Source: an uncultured bacterium (GTDB taxonomy: Bacteria; Patescibacteriota; Microgenomatia; UBA1400; MFAQ01). From it: DNA of 64,000 nucleotides. Position numbers and translations under genes: made by a program. The notes under the pieces were generated by a model. That model was given only the letters and a program-made list of their open reading frames with translations. It did not search any database and was not told the origin of the DNA. Numbering within the stretch: the first letter of the stretch is position 1; every line of letters begins with the position of its first letter. This document shows positions 37,831 to 46,158 of this stretch, one piece after another. The DNA lies in contig CAXBYW010000005.1 in the NCBI GenBank assembly GCA_963980225.1, positions 1,235 through 65,234 on the forward strand, read 5' to 3'.

Positions 37831-39696
37831 TTGCATACAACCAAAAAGCACAAAATTGGCTGGGACGGGTCTAGTATTGCCTTCCCTGTCTTTGACAAGA
37901 GTGGAGATATTGTCAATATTCGTCACAGGAGAAGTCCTAATAAAACCAAGGGGCAGAAATTCTGGAACGAGAAAGGTGGTAAGGCTTCGTTGTTTAACAT
38001 CCAAACACTTAAAGATAATTCGGAGTCCACAATCATCTGTGAAGGAGAGTTTGACGCTATGGTTGCTGAACAGTTTGGATATTCAGCGGTAAGCAGTACA
38101 GCTGGCGCAGGAACATTCAAGGAAGGTTGGGTAAAGGAATTCGAGGAGGTAAAAACTGTCTACATTTGTTATGACACCGATGAAGCCGGAAAAGATGGAG
38201 CCAAGAAGGTGGCAAAACTATTTGAAAGCAAGGCAAGGATAGTCGAGTTACCCCACAAGGGTGATAAAAAGGTTGACCTCACTGACTATTTTGCAAAACT
38301 AAAACACAATCGAGAGGACTTCGATAAATTACTCCAAAAAGCGAAGCCGCTAAAAACAAAATATGAGCTGGTTGAAGATGTATCTGATGAAGAAGTTCAT
38401 CCAGCAGTAGATTATAAGCACGACAGACTGTTCTACACCTTGACGCTGCCAGTAAAAGCTAATGATGAGCCCAAATCGGCTGCGGTAACAATCTCTGGTG
38501 GCCACAAGGTCGGATACGATACTAATAGTCTTGGGTATGTGAGTATTGATGGTAGAGAAATAAAGATTAAAAACGTTTCACAAATACCTAATGCCTACGC
38601 CCGATGGAGCACAAAGGATTTGAGCAGATATTTGAAAAGTAACAAGACAGTGACACCTGCGCTACCTTTTATGGAAATAAAGGAAGTACTGAACAAGTTC
38701 GTAGACTTCAGGAATGAGAAAGATGCTGACATAATAACTCTTTGGCTCATTGGCACCTACTGCTTCCCTGTGTTTGACGCTTACCCATACCTCTATTTCG
38801 TAGGAGTCAAAAGAAGCGGAAAAACAAAGACTCTTCTTATCATTGAAAAGCTGTCATTTAATTCTGCTATGTCTAGCGATATGTCCTCTGCGGTTTTGTT
38901 TAGGATAGTTGAAGCAAAGCGAGCCACTGTCGCACTTGACGAGAGTGAGCAGCTATCAGATAAATCCAGGAAGAAAGACCTGCGATTGATACTCAACTCC
39001 GGCTACAAGCGAGGTGCTCCTGCATACAGAGCAAAGAAGCAGAAGGATGGCGGATTTACCCTAGAGGCGTTTGAGGTTTATAGTCCCAAAGCGATTGCAA
39101 ACATATCAGGGATGAATGATGTTCTTGAGGATAGAGCTCTCACCATCACAATGGTTAGGACAAACAACAAAAAGGTTGGAAACACTGCTGTAACTGAAAA
39201 GGTCGAGGATTGGAAATATCTGCGCTCACTGCTGTATGAATTTGCACTCGAATACGCAAGTCAAATATCTGATGTTTACCACAACGACCCTGGCGTTAAT
39301 GAGCTATTAAACAGGCAAAATGAACTCTGGAGCCCACTTCTGAGCATTGCAAAGGTAGTCGGGAAGGACTTGTTTGATGAGATCAACAAGGAGGCTAAAA
39401 AGAGGGCAGAAGAAGCATCTGGTGCAGATCTGGAGGATTTTGACTCTTCCGTGCTTCTTGCCCTTAGAGAACTTTCACCGGAAGAAGTTGAGACTACGCT
39501 AACAAATAAGCAAATCAAGAGTAAGGCTCATGAGTACTTGGAAGATGACCAGCGAGAGTATCTGACAAGTCGTGGTATTGGTGCTGCACTCAAAAGGTTT
39601 GGTATCAAAGGAAAAAAGATACAAGGCTACTGGAGATACGCAATAAAACCCGATGAGATCCAGGACCTAGTAAAGCGATATGGAGTAGATGTTTGA
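37831..39696 (+). CDS. TOPRIM primase fused to a helicase-like ATPase, apparently 5'-truncated
   Basis: ICEGEFDA, CYDTDEAG (TOPRIM); GVKRSGKT, VALDESE, LNSGY, LEDRA; begins abruptly at TTG. Confidence 0.85.
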   Translation: MHTTKKHKIGWDGSSIAFPVFDKSGDIVNIRHRRSPNKTKGQKFWNEKGGKASLFNIQTLKDNSESTIICEGEFDAMVAEQFGYSAVSSTAGAGTFKEGWVKEFEEVKTVYICYDTDEAGKDGAKKVAKLFESKARIVELPHKGDKKVDLTDYFAKLKHNREDFDKLLQKAKPLKTKYELVEDVSDEEVHPAVDYKHDRLFYTLTLPVKANDEPKSAAVTISGGHKVGYDTNSLGYVSIDGREIKIKNVSQIPNAYARWSTKDLSRYLKSNKTVTPALPFMEIKEVLNKFVDFRNEKDADIITLWLIGTYCFPVFDAYPYLYFVGVKRSGKTKTLLIIEKLSFNSAMSSDMSSAVLFRIVEAKRATVALDESEQLSDKSRKKDLRLILNSGYKRGAPAYRAKKQKDGGFTLEAFEVYSPKAIANISGMNDVLEDRALTITMVRTNNKKVGNTAVTEKVEDWKYLRSLLYEFALEYASQISDVYHNDPGVNELLNRQNELWSPLLSIAKVVGKDLFDEINKEAKKRAEEASGADLEDFDSSVLLALRELSPEEVETTLTNKQIKSKAHEYLEDDQREYLTSRGIGAALKRFGIKGKKIQGYWRYAIKPDEIQDLVKRYGVDV

Positions 39697-39941
39697 GTAG
39701 ACAACAAGTAGACGTATGATAACAACAAATAGTCCAGCAACAAGGCAAAAAGCGAGAAAAGAAGTAGACATTGCTGGGAAAACACATCACCCTGACTCAT
39801 TTTCTATCCGATACATATTCCTGGTTCAGGGCATGGTTATAAGATTTGCTGCAAATGTCTACCGAAAATTCATAAAAGTGCCTGTTTATTGGGGAAAACA
39901 AGTAGAAAGTATGTCTACCTAAAGTCTACTAATATGTCTAA
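39685..39941. repeat. Putative replication origin: mirror-symmetric hexamer iterons
   Basis: GTAGA(T/C) at 39685, 39697, 39708, 39764; GTCTA(C/A) at 39857, 39913, 39924, 39936. Confidence 0.75.
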
Positions 39942-40452
39942 AAACTACAAAAAATTAATCGAAAATGCCAAAGCTGAATTGCTGATAGCGAAAGACGCAG
40001 GCGTGCGGGAGCAAACATTGAATGCAATCAAAGATCGTATTAAGCACCTGAGACGAGAGTTCAAGCAAGAAAAGAGGAACAAGAACATCAAACATTTCGG
40101 AAGTTGGCCAGACGAGATTCTTATGCAGCGTTACGACGAAGTAACCAAATTCACAACTGAAAGGGAAAAAGACATTCGAGGTATTGGACTTTTTAACAGT
40201 GAGGATCGTGAGGAGGATATGAAAAAGTTCGAAGACTCGCTTCGTCTAGTTGAAATACTTGAGGATGAAGGTAGAAGAAGGAAGATGCTCTACTTTATGA
40301 CTGACAAAGAACGAGCAACAGTCATAAAAGATATTTTCGGAGTAGAACCAAAGAAGATGACTGACGAAGAAAAGAAGTTGCACGAGCAAGCGGAAAGGAA
40401 AGGAGCAACAGTCTACACAATTGAGGCTGGAAGGGTGTCTGTCCTCGCGTGA
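39934..40452 (+). CDS. Hypothetical island protein
   Basis: ORF from ATG 39934 (MSKNYKK...). Confidence 0.7.
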   Translation: MSKNYKKLIENAKAELLIAKDAGVREQTLNAIKDRIKHLRREFKQEKRNKNIKHFGSWPDEILMQRYDEVTKFTTEREKDIRGIGLFNSEDREEDMKKFEDSLRLVEILEDEGRRRKMLYFMTDKERATVIKDIFGVEPKKMTDEEKKLHEQAERKGATVYTIEAGRVSVLA

Positions 40453-40506
40453 GGCAGCCTTACCCTCCCTACCCACAAGCGTAGCTAGTAATTTAAACCT
40501 AAAACT

Positions 40507-40881
40507 ATGAAATGTGCTTATACGAAAACTAATGGAGGTAAGTGTGGAGCTAATTCTATGAAAGCTTCCGGGTATTGCTTTGCCCACAACCCAAAAACAA
40601 GGGAAAAGCACAGCTTGGCAGTTGCAAAAGGTGGAAAGCTGTCTAAAAAGACTAGGCTTGAGCTACCTCCGGTAAAGATAAAGAAACCAGAAGATGTGGT
40701 CGATCTTCTCGAAGAAACGATAAACGGAATACGCGACGGCTCAATTCCTCCAAACGTAGCAAACACAATCGCATATGTATGCTCACACGCACTTAAAGCA
40801 ATAGAGCTGTCCAAATACGCAAACAAACTAGAGAGTGTTGAGCGAATACTAATGGAGAGAAAAATAACTAAACAATCATGA
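40507..40881 (+). CDS. Small C3H zinc-finger protein of the island
   Basis: CAYTKTNGGKCGANSMKASGYCFAH...KGGK. Confidence 0.75.
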   Translation: MKCAYTKTNGGKCGANSMKASGYCFAHNPKTREKHSLAVAKGGKLSKKTRLELPPVKIKKPEDVVDLLEETINGIRDGSIPPNVANTIAYVCSHALKAIELSKYANKLESVERILMERKITKQS

Positions 40882-41306
40882 GTTACAACAAATTGACACG
40901 AAAACAGTTATTTTCTGGTGAAGTTAGCTACACACTAGATGATTTTGCAAAGGATTTCAGGAAAGAAGTAATAAATGTCTGGGGACGAAAAAGGCTTGAT
41001 ACAAAAAACGGACAATCAAACACCCTGTTCCAAGGATTGCTGCTGATAATAATATTTGCATCACAGGGCAAGTCCCTCTGGGAGATAAACGAAGTATTGC
41101 TTGGCAAGAACACGAAAGATTTGGAAGACAACCTTGGGTCAATTGTCAAAATGTACGAAAAGGAAATCAAAATCCTTGAAGGGCTACAAATGAATATGTT
41201 TTTGGAAAACTTGAAAAAATATCACCTGTCAGACTCCCTCAACCTACAACTTCTAAATACTAATTTTCGAGAGTGGTTCGTCAAAATAATGGAACCCCAG
41301 GACTAA
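40878..41306 (+). CDS. Hypothetical island protein
   Basis: ATGA overlap with the previous gene. Confidence 0.7.
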   Translation: MSYNKLTRKQLFSGEVSYTLDDFAKDFRKEVINVWGRKRLDTKNGQSNTLFQGLLLIIIFASQGKSLWEINEVLLGKNTKDLEDNLGSIVKMYEKEIKILEGLQMNMFLENLKKYHLSDSLNLQLLNTNFREWFVKIMEPQD

Positions 41307-41308
41307 CT

Positions 41309-42208
41309 ATGAAAAACACACTAAACATCAAAACACTCGCGAGAGGCATGAGAGCAGAAGATAAAGCAAAATTGTTGTTTGCAGATAGAAACAAGCGGTC
41401 TGAAACATCAGGGAAAGAAGGATTACTTACTCCAGAGGAAGAGGATGCGCTTATCAAAGATGCGCAAGAACTGCATCAGATAAACGAACTTAACCGACTA
41501 AGTAGGCTTTACAACATCGCATCGTTGATCTTTCTGGATATACAGTCGGCCTGTTTGTATTTCAGGATTGCAGAAGGGAGGCTGGTCACAATACTTACAG
41601 GAATGATCTTGGTTGGTGAATCAAGTGACACATTAGGTCAAGCAATATACGACCAAGCATTACACGGATACACCGAAAAACAGCTAGAAGAAAAGAAGTA
41701 TCAAGATGAGATTGATTTGAAAGCTGCTAAGCTGCGAAAGAAATATGGTGGCAACGGATTATCCGCCGTATACGATTATTTCGAACCATCATTAAGAGGT
41801 GGCAGTTACTTCTCTGCAAAAAGGAAGGTCGAGGTTAGTCAGCCAAATAAGTTGCTTCAAAAGGCATTCATTCAAACAATTAAGGAAGTAAAGAGGTTTA
41901 ACAAACAAGTGTTTCAGTGGAATTATATCGAATCAAAAGCTGGGATAGACCTTTTGAGCGATAGAGAGAGAAAAATCATTTCTGGTTTCCAAAAAGATAT
42001 CAATGATTTTGTCAATTTAGGGGGGTATCTAGGATTTATACAAATTTATGTCGAATTTGAAGACAAAAAGATATTGAAATTTGAAAAACTAGAAGAACCG
42101 GAATTCACTTCTGTCATAAAAGACATGAAGAAGGCAACGGATTTGAGTAAAAAGACCAGAAACAGGGCCCGCGAAGAGGTCGAAAACATAATTCAAAGAA
42201 AACAGTAA
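41309..42208 (+). CDS. Hypothetical helical island protein
   Basis: ATG 2 nt after the previous stop; 299 aa. Confidence 0.75.
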   Translation: MKNTLNIKTLARGMRAEDKAKLLFADRNKRSETSGKEGLLTPEEEDALIKDAQELHQINELNRLSRLYNIASLIFLDIQSACLYFRIAEGRLVTILTGMILVGESSDTLGQAIYDQALHGYTEKQLEEKKYQDEIDLKAAKLRKKYGGNGLSAVYDYFEPSLRGGSYFSAKRKVEVSQPNKLLQKAFIQTIKEVKRFNKQVFQWNYIESKAGIDLLSDRERKIISGFQKDINDFVNLGGYLGFIQIYVEFEDKKILKFEKLEEPEFTSVIKDMKKATDLSKKTRNRAREEVENIIQRKQ

Positions 42209-42209
42209 T

Positions 42210-42455
42210 ATGGCTACAAAAAAGGAAAATATTGATAAATACATAGATGCAATGATCGATATCATTATTGACTCATACATAGCCAAAAAGCGTAGAAAAC
42301 GAGATAGGAAATGTGCTAAACTGGATATGAGCTCAAATTTTGCCGAAGGGAATTTTGATGGCCGTCTTGGACAAATCCCTTCGGATTTGAGCTCACCAGG
42401 GCGGCCTTTAAAGTTGTATGGAAAAGAAAAAAGCAATACTGTATCTGAGGTTTAG
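42210..42455 (+). CDS. Small basic ORF upstream of and overlapping the integrase
   Basis: ATG 1 nt after the previous stop; 3' half overlaps the structured leader. Confidence 0.45.
   Translation: MATKKENIDKYIDAMIDIIIDSYIAKKRRKRDRKCAKLDMSSNFAEGNFDGRLGQIPSDLSSPGRPLKLYGKEKSNTVSEV
42314..42412 (+). promoter_or_regulatory. Putative integrase promoter and two-state structured leader
   Basis: TGcTAAACT at 42314-42322, followed by two mutually exclusive stem sets. Confidence 0.55.
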
Positions 42456-44007
42456 TGACACTAAGCAATATGGCAATACAAGCATTGACTCGCAAGAAAA
42501 GATTTGCAGAAATGCCTGTGAAGTCGAGAGTTATAGTGTTGTTAAGATAATTAAAAATGAGGCGGTTTCCGCAAGCAAGACCAATACTCAAAGAGTAGCT
42601 GAACTTCTGGAGTTTTGTAAAGAGCGAAAAGGTAAATTTGATGTCCTCATGGTCTATAAATTGGATCGGTTCGCCAGATCGCAAGAACAACATCACTGGT
42701 TACGAGGACAAATTCTCAAACTTGGCGTAATACTTCGATCAGCAACAGAAAAAATCGACGAAAGTCCCTCCGGTAGATTGGTTGAGGGAGTACTTGCTGC
42801 AGTAAACGAATATGACAATGAGGTAAAAAGAGAAAGAGTGAAGATTGCAATGTGGTCTAGGGTAGAACATGGTCTTTATCCCTGGTCACCACCGACTGGA
42901 TATATACCCAAGGTGGTTCCTGGAGTGAAATTGTCACCCAGGATTATTGATAATACTTGCTGCAATGAGATTGTGAGCCTTTTTGAGCGATACTCGACAG
43001 GTCTTTACACAAAAGCCGATCTGGCTAAAGAATATAGCAAGAAAGAGATAAAGAATTACAAGGGTAAAACCCTGAAATTTTCGATTCAAACATTAGATAA
43101 TATTCTTAACAACATCTTTTATACAGGATATCTTAAATACAAAGATGGAAGACTGATTGTGGGTAAACACAAACCATTAATATCCTACGCAATGTTTGAA
43201 AAATGCCAGGAAGTACAAGCACAGCTATCAAACAACGCTAATCACAAGTATCTGAGACACAATCCTGACTTTCCACTTCGAAGATTTGTGTTGTGTGGTG
43301 ATTGCAACGGTCCACTTACTGCCTGTTGGTCAAAATCAGGAAGTGGTAAAAAGCACGCTTACTACTATTGTAAAAGTAAAGATTGTGAGATGTATTCGAA
43401 GATGATAAAGAAAGCTGATCTTGAAAACGGATTTATGGAGTATCTATCAAAAGTAAAACCCACCAAGAAGTTTGTGAAACGGTTCAATCAAAGATTTCTA
43501 AAAAGGTATAAAGAACGGGAACTGGAAATACGAGGTGATTTCTTGCGTAAAGCCGACAACATAAAGGAAATGGAGAAGGAATTAGGTTGGATAGTCAAGC
43601 AAGGTAGAAAGGGAAAGTTGCCAGAGAGAGTTGTAACAAAGCAAGTTGAAGAACTGGATCAGAAAATAATTCTTGCAAAATCACAGCTTTCAGAAGAACA
43701 CGCTGAGGAGCTGAATATCAAAGGATTGCTGTCTTATGCAGAAACATTTATTCGAACGCTAGAAAAAAACTGGTTTGACGCACAAAATGAAGTAAGAATC
43801 AGACTTCAAAGGGTAATTTTCCCCGATGGTGTCGTTTACCAAAATAATCAATTTTCGAACGCCAAATTATGCCGTGCTTTTGAGATAATCAACGACTTTG
43901 CGACCAACTACTCAAAAGATGTGACCCCGGCGGGATTTGAACCCGCGATCTCCAGGATGAGAACCTGGTGTCCTAAACCGCTAGACGACGGGGCCGTTTG
44001 TGGCTGA
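42418..44007 (+). CDS. Large serine recombinase (integrase)
   Basis: YLRFSD..Q..SIDSQ, VYKLDRFAR, recombinase domain, CGDC/YYYC..C zinc ribbon, coiled coil; last 28 codons run through the antisense tRNA-Glu. Confidence 0.95.
   Translation: MEKKKAILYLRFSDTKQYGNTSIDSQEKICRNACEVESYSVVKIIKNEAVSASKTNTQRVAELLEFCKERKGKFDVLMVYKLDRFARSQEQHHWLRGQILKLGVILRSATEKIDESPSGRLVEGVLAAVNEYDNEVKRERVKIAMWSRVEHGLYPWSPPTGYIPKVVPGVKLSPRIIDNTCCNEIVSLFERYSTGLYTKADLAKEYSKKEIKNYKGKTLKFSIQTLDNILNNIFYTGYLKYKDGRLIVGKHKPLISYAMFEKCQEVQAQLSNNANHKYLRHNPDFPLRRFVLCGDCNGPLTACWSKSGSGKKHAYYYCKSKDCEMYSKMIKKADLENGFMEYLSKVKPTKKFVKRFNQRFLKRYKERELEIRGDFLRKADNIKEMEKELGWIVKQGRKGKLPERVVTKQVEELDQKIILAKSQLSEEHAEELNIKGLLSYAETFIRTLEKNWFDAQNEVRIRLQRVIFPDGVVYQNNQFSNAKLCRAFEIINDFATNYSKDVTPAGFEPAISRMRTWCPKPLDDGAVCG
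43922..43995 (-). tRNA. tRNA-Glu(CUC)
   Basis: GGCCCCG...CCAGG-TTCTCAT-CCTGG...GGTTCAAATCC..CGGGGTCA; no encoded CCA. Confidence 0.95.
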
Positions 44008-44045
44008 GCTAGGCTCGCTTGAGGCTAATTTTACCCTGAAAAGTA

Positions 44046-44074
44046 TTGACAATCAACCCAAACTGACATAGAAT
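44046..44074 (+). promoter_or_regulatory. Sigma70 promoter upstream of greA
   Basis: TTGACA-17 nt-TAGAAT. Confidence 0.7.
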
Positions 44075-44190
44075 ATCACTTTACGGTAAGAAATCTGCCC
44101 GATTTTTTAAGATTAAGATAAACAAGGAAAGCGTGCCCCTTAAGAACAAAACCTTAGGGAAGCCCACTTTTGCTAAAAGAAAACAATAAT

Positions 44191-44661
44191 ATGACCATAA
44201 ACAGTAATAAAGTCCAATTAACCTCTGAAGGTTACAACGAACTAGTAAAAGAGCTCAAGAACCTAAGGGAGGTAATGCTGCCTAAGGCAATCAGTCGTAT
44301 TGCTTCTGCTAGATCATTAGGTGACCTATCAGAAAACTACGAATATCAATCTGCTAAAGAGGATCACTTAACTCTAATTAGCAGAATAGAAGAGCTGACA
44401 GACACCATAAAACGTAGTGAAGTAATCAAAAAAAATACTAACAATGATGCTGTTAATATTGGTCATGAGGTAGAGGTTACTATCAACAGCTCTGATCACG
44501 TATTTACCATAGTAGGAGAATGGGAGGCAGATCCTAAAATCAAGAAAATCAGTCACAAATCACCATTAGGAACAGCTCTCATAGGTAAAGCAGTCGGCGA
44601 CAAGGTAGAAGTAGAAGCCCCAGCTGGCATGGTCATCTACACCATCAAGACCATTAAATAA
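44191..44661 (+). CDS. greA: Transcription elongation factor GreA
   Basis: GDLSENYEYQSAKE, ISHKSPLGTAL. Confidence 0.96.
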   Translation: MTINSNKVQLTSEGYNELVKELKNLREVMLPKAISRIASARSLGDLSENYEYQSAKEDHLTLISRIEELTDTIKRSEVIKKNTNNDAVNIGHEVEVTINSSDHVFTIVGEWEADPKIKKISHKSPLGTALIGKAVGDKVEVEAPAGMVIYTIKTIK

Positions 44662-44705
44662 CGAATTTTCTTTCTTAACTTAGTAATTTAGGCTACAATG
44701 TCCTC

Positions 44706-46157
44706 ATGGGTAGGCTACAAGCAACTAAAGACCAAAGAATAGAAAAAATAAAGAATTTAAGAAAATTGGGTTCGGATCCTTTTGCATCTAGTTTCAACAA
44801 AAAACAAACAATTAAAGAAAGTCGTGAGCTACTAGAAAAAGATACTCAGACTGCCGGTAGAGTCATGGCTGTTCGTGGTCATGGAGCTTTAGTGTTTATG
44901 GATCTGGTGGATGAAACTGGAAAAATTCAACTACTTTTAAAACAAGAAAATCTAAGCGACAAAGAAAACAAAGTAATCGCCCTTTCAGATATCGGAGACT
45001 TTATTGGTGTCTCAGGAAAAGTAATAACCAGTAAAAGTGACGAGATAAGTATAGAAGTAGCAAGTTTCACTCTTTTAACTAAGTCAATTAGGCCCTTACC
45101 AAGTCAGTGGCATGGACTAAAAGACGTTGAGGAGCGCTACCGCCAACGTTATCTAGATCTACTTCTTGATGACGACCTAAAAGAAGTATTTAGACGCAAA
45201 GCCATTTTTTGGCAATCATTCCGTCAATTTCTCTTGGATAAAGGTTTCCTGGAGGTAGAGACTCCAGTCTTGGAAAACACCGCTGGTGGTGCCGATGCTA
45301 ATCCTTTTGTCACCCATCATGATGCCTTAGACGTAGATCTTTATTTACGTATCTCCATAGGGGAACTCTGGCAAAAACGATTGATGGTCGGAGGTTTTGA
45401 AAGGACGTTTGAGATTGGTAGACAGTTTAGAAATGAAGGCATCAGTCATGAACATCTCCAAGACTATACCCAAATGGAATTTTACTGGGCCTATGCCAAC
45501 TATCAAGACTCAATGAAACTAACAGAAGAGATGTACAAGTACGTAGCCAAAAAAACCTTCAACACTTTAAAGTTTGACATTAATGACCACAAAGTAGATT
45601 TAAGTGGAAACTGGGGAGAAATAGACTATGCTACCACTGTCTTAGAAAAAACAGGAGTTGATATTACTAAGGCAACTACAAACCAGCTCAAAGACAAGCT
45701 TAAAGAGCTTAAAATTAGGTATGACACGAATAGCAACAAGGGTCGTCTAATAGATTATCTGTGGAAGAGTATAAGAAAAGATATAACTGGTCCAGTTTTC
45801 CTTACCGGTCATCCAGTAGAGGTGTCTCCATTAGCCAAGAGGAAACCAGAAAACCCTGACTTTGTTGAGCGTTTCCAAATAATCATTGCTGGTAGTGAAG
45901 TGGGTAATGGTTACTCCGAGCTAAACGACCCACTAGATCAAGAAGCTCGATTCAAAGAGCAAGAAAAAGCCCGTGAAGCCGGTGACCCAGAAGCTCAGAT
46001 GCACGACAAAGATTTTGTTAGAGCCCTTGAATACGGTATGCCACCAGTAAGTGGTTTTGGAGTCAGCGAAAGACTATTCTCATTTTTAGCCAACAAATCC
46101 ATTCGAGAAACAGTATTTTTTCCTCTACTTAGACCAGAAGTTAAAAATAAAAAATAA
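44706..46157 (+). CDS. lysS: Lysine--tRNA ligase (class II)
   Basis: RYRQRYLDL, FRNEG, YSELNDP, LEYGMPP. Confidence 0.97.
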   Translation: MGRLQATKDQRIEKIKNLRKLGSDPFASSFNKKQTIKESRELLEKDTQTAGRVMAVRGHGALVFMDLVDETGKIQLLLKQENLSDKENKVIALSDIGDFIGVSGKVITSKSDEISIEVASFTLLTKSIRPLPSQWHGLKDVEERYRQRYLDLLLDDDLKEVFRRKAIFWQSFRQFLLDKGFLEVETPVLENTAGGADANPFVTHHDALDVDLYLRISIGELWQKRLMVGGFERTFEIGRQFRNEGISHEHLQDYTQMEFYWAYANYQDSMKLTEEMYKYVAKKTFNTLKFDINDHKVDLSGNWGEIDYATTVLEKTGVDITKATTNQLKDKLKELKIRYDTNSNKGRLIDYLWKSIRKDITGPVFLTGHPVEVSPLAKRKPENPDFVERFQIIIAGSEVGNGYSELNDPLDQEARFKEQEKAREAGDPEAQMHDKDFVRALEYGMPPVSGFGVSERLFSFLANKSIRETVFFPLLRPEVKNKK

Positions 46158-46158
46158 A

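Larger units (their letters stand above)
35245..43921. mobile_element. Genomic island at the 3' end of tRNA-Glu: serine-recombinase element plus distal cassette array
   Basis: Recombinase abutting the tRNA, primase-helicase, and repeated TGTGA(C/A)CC att-like cores at 35245, 35948, 36628 and 43921. Confidence 0.75.

Noticed and set aside
37690-38092. ORFs 37690-38004 (-) and 37766-38092 (+)
   Set aside because: Shadow frames overlapping the primase; neither supplies the missing N-terminal domain.
39716-39922. 68-aa ORF after the primase
   Set aside because: It lies wholly within the symmetric iteron array and has no clear start signals.
43921-44007. Integrase C-terminus as an ordinary evolved protein domain
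   Set aside because: It is the antisense translation of tRNA-Glu, produced by integration.
44075-44190. Structured ncRNA in the greA leader
   Set aside because: Only short, weak stems and no recognisable family.
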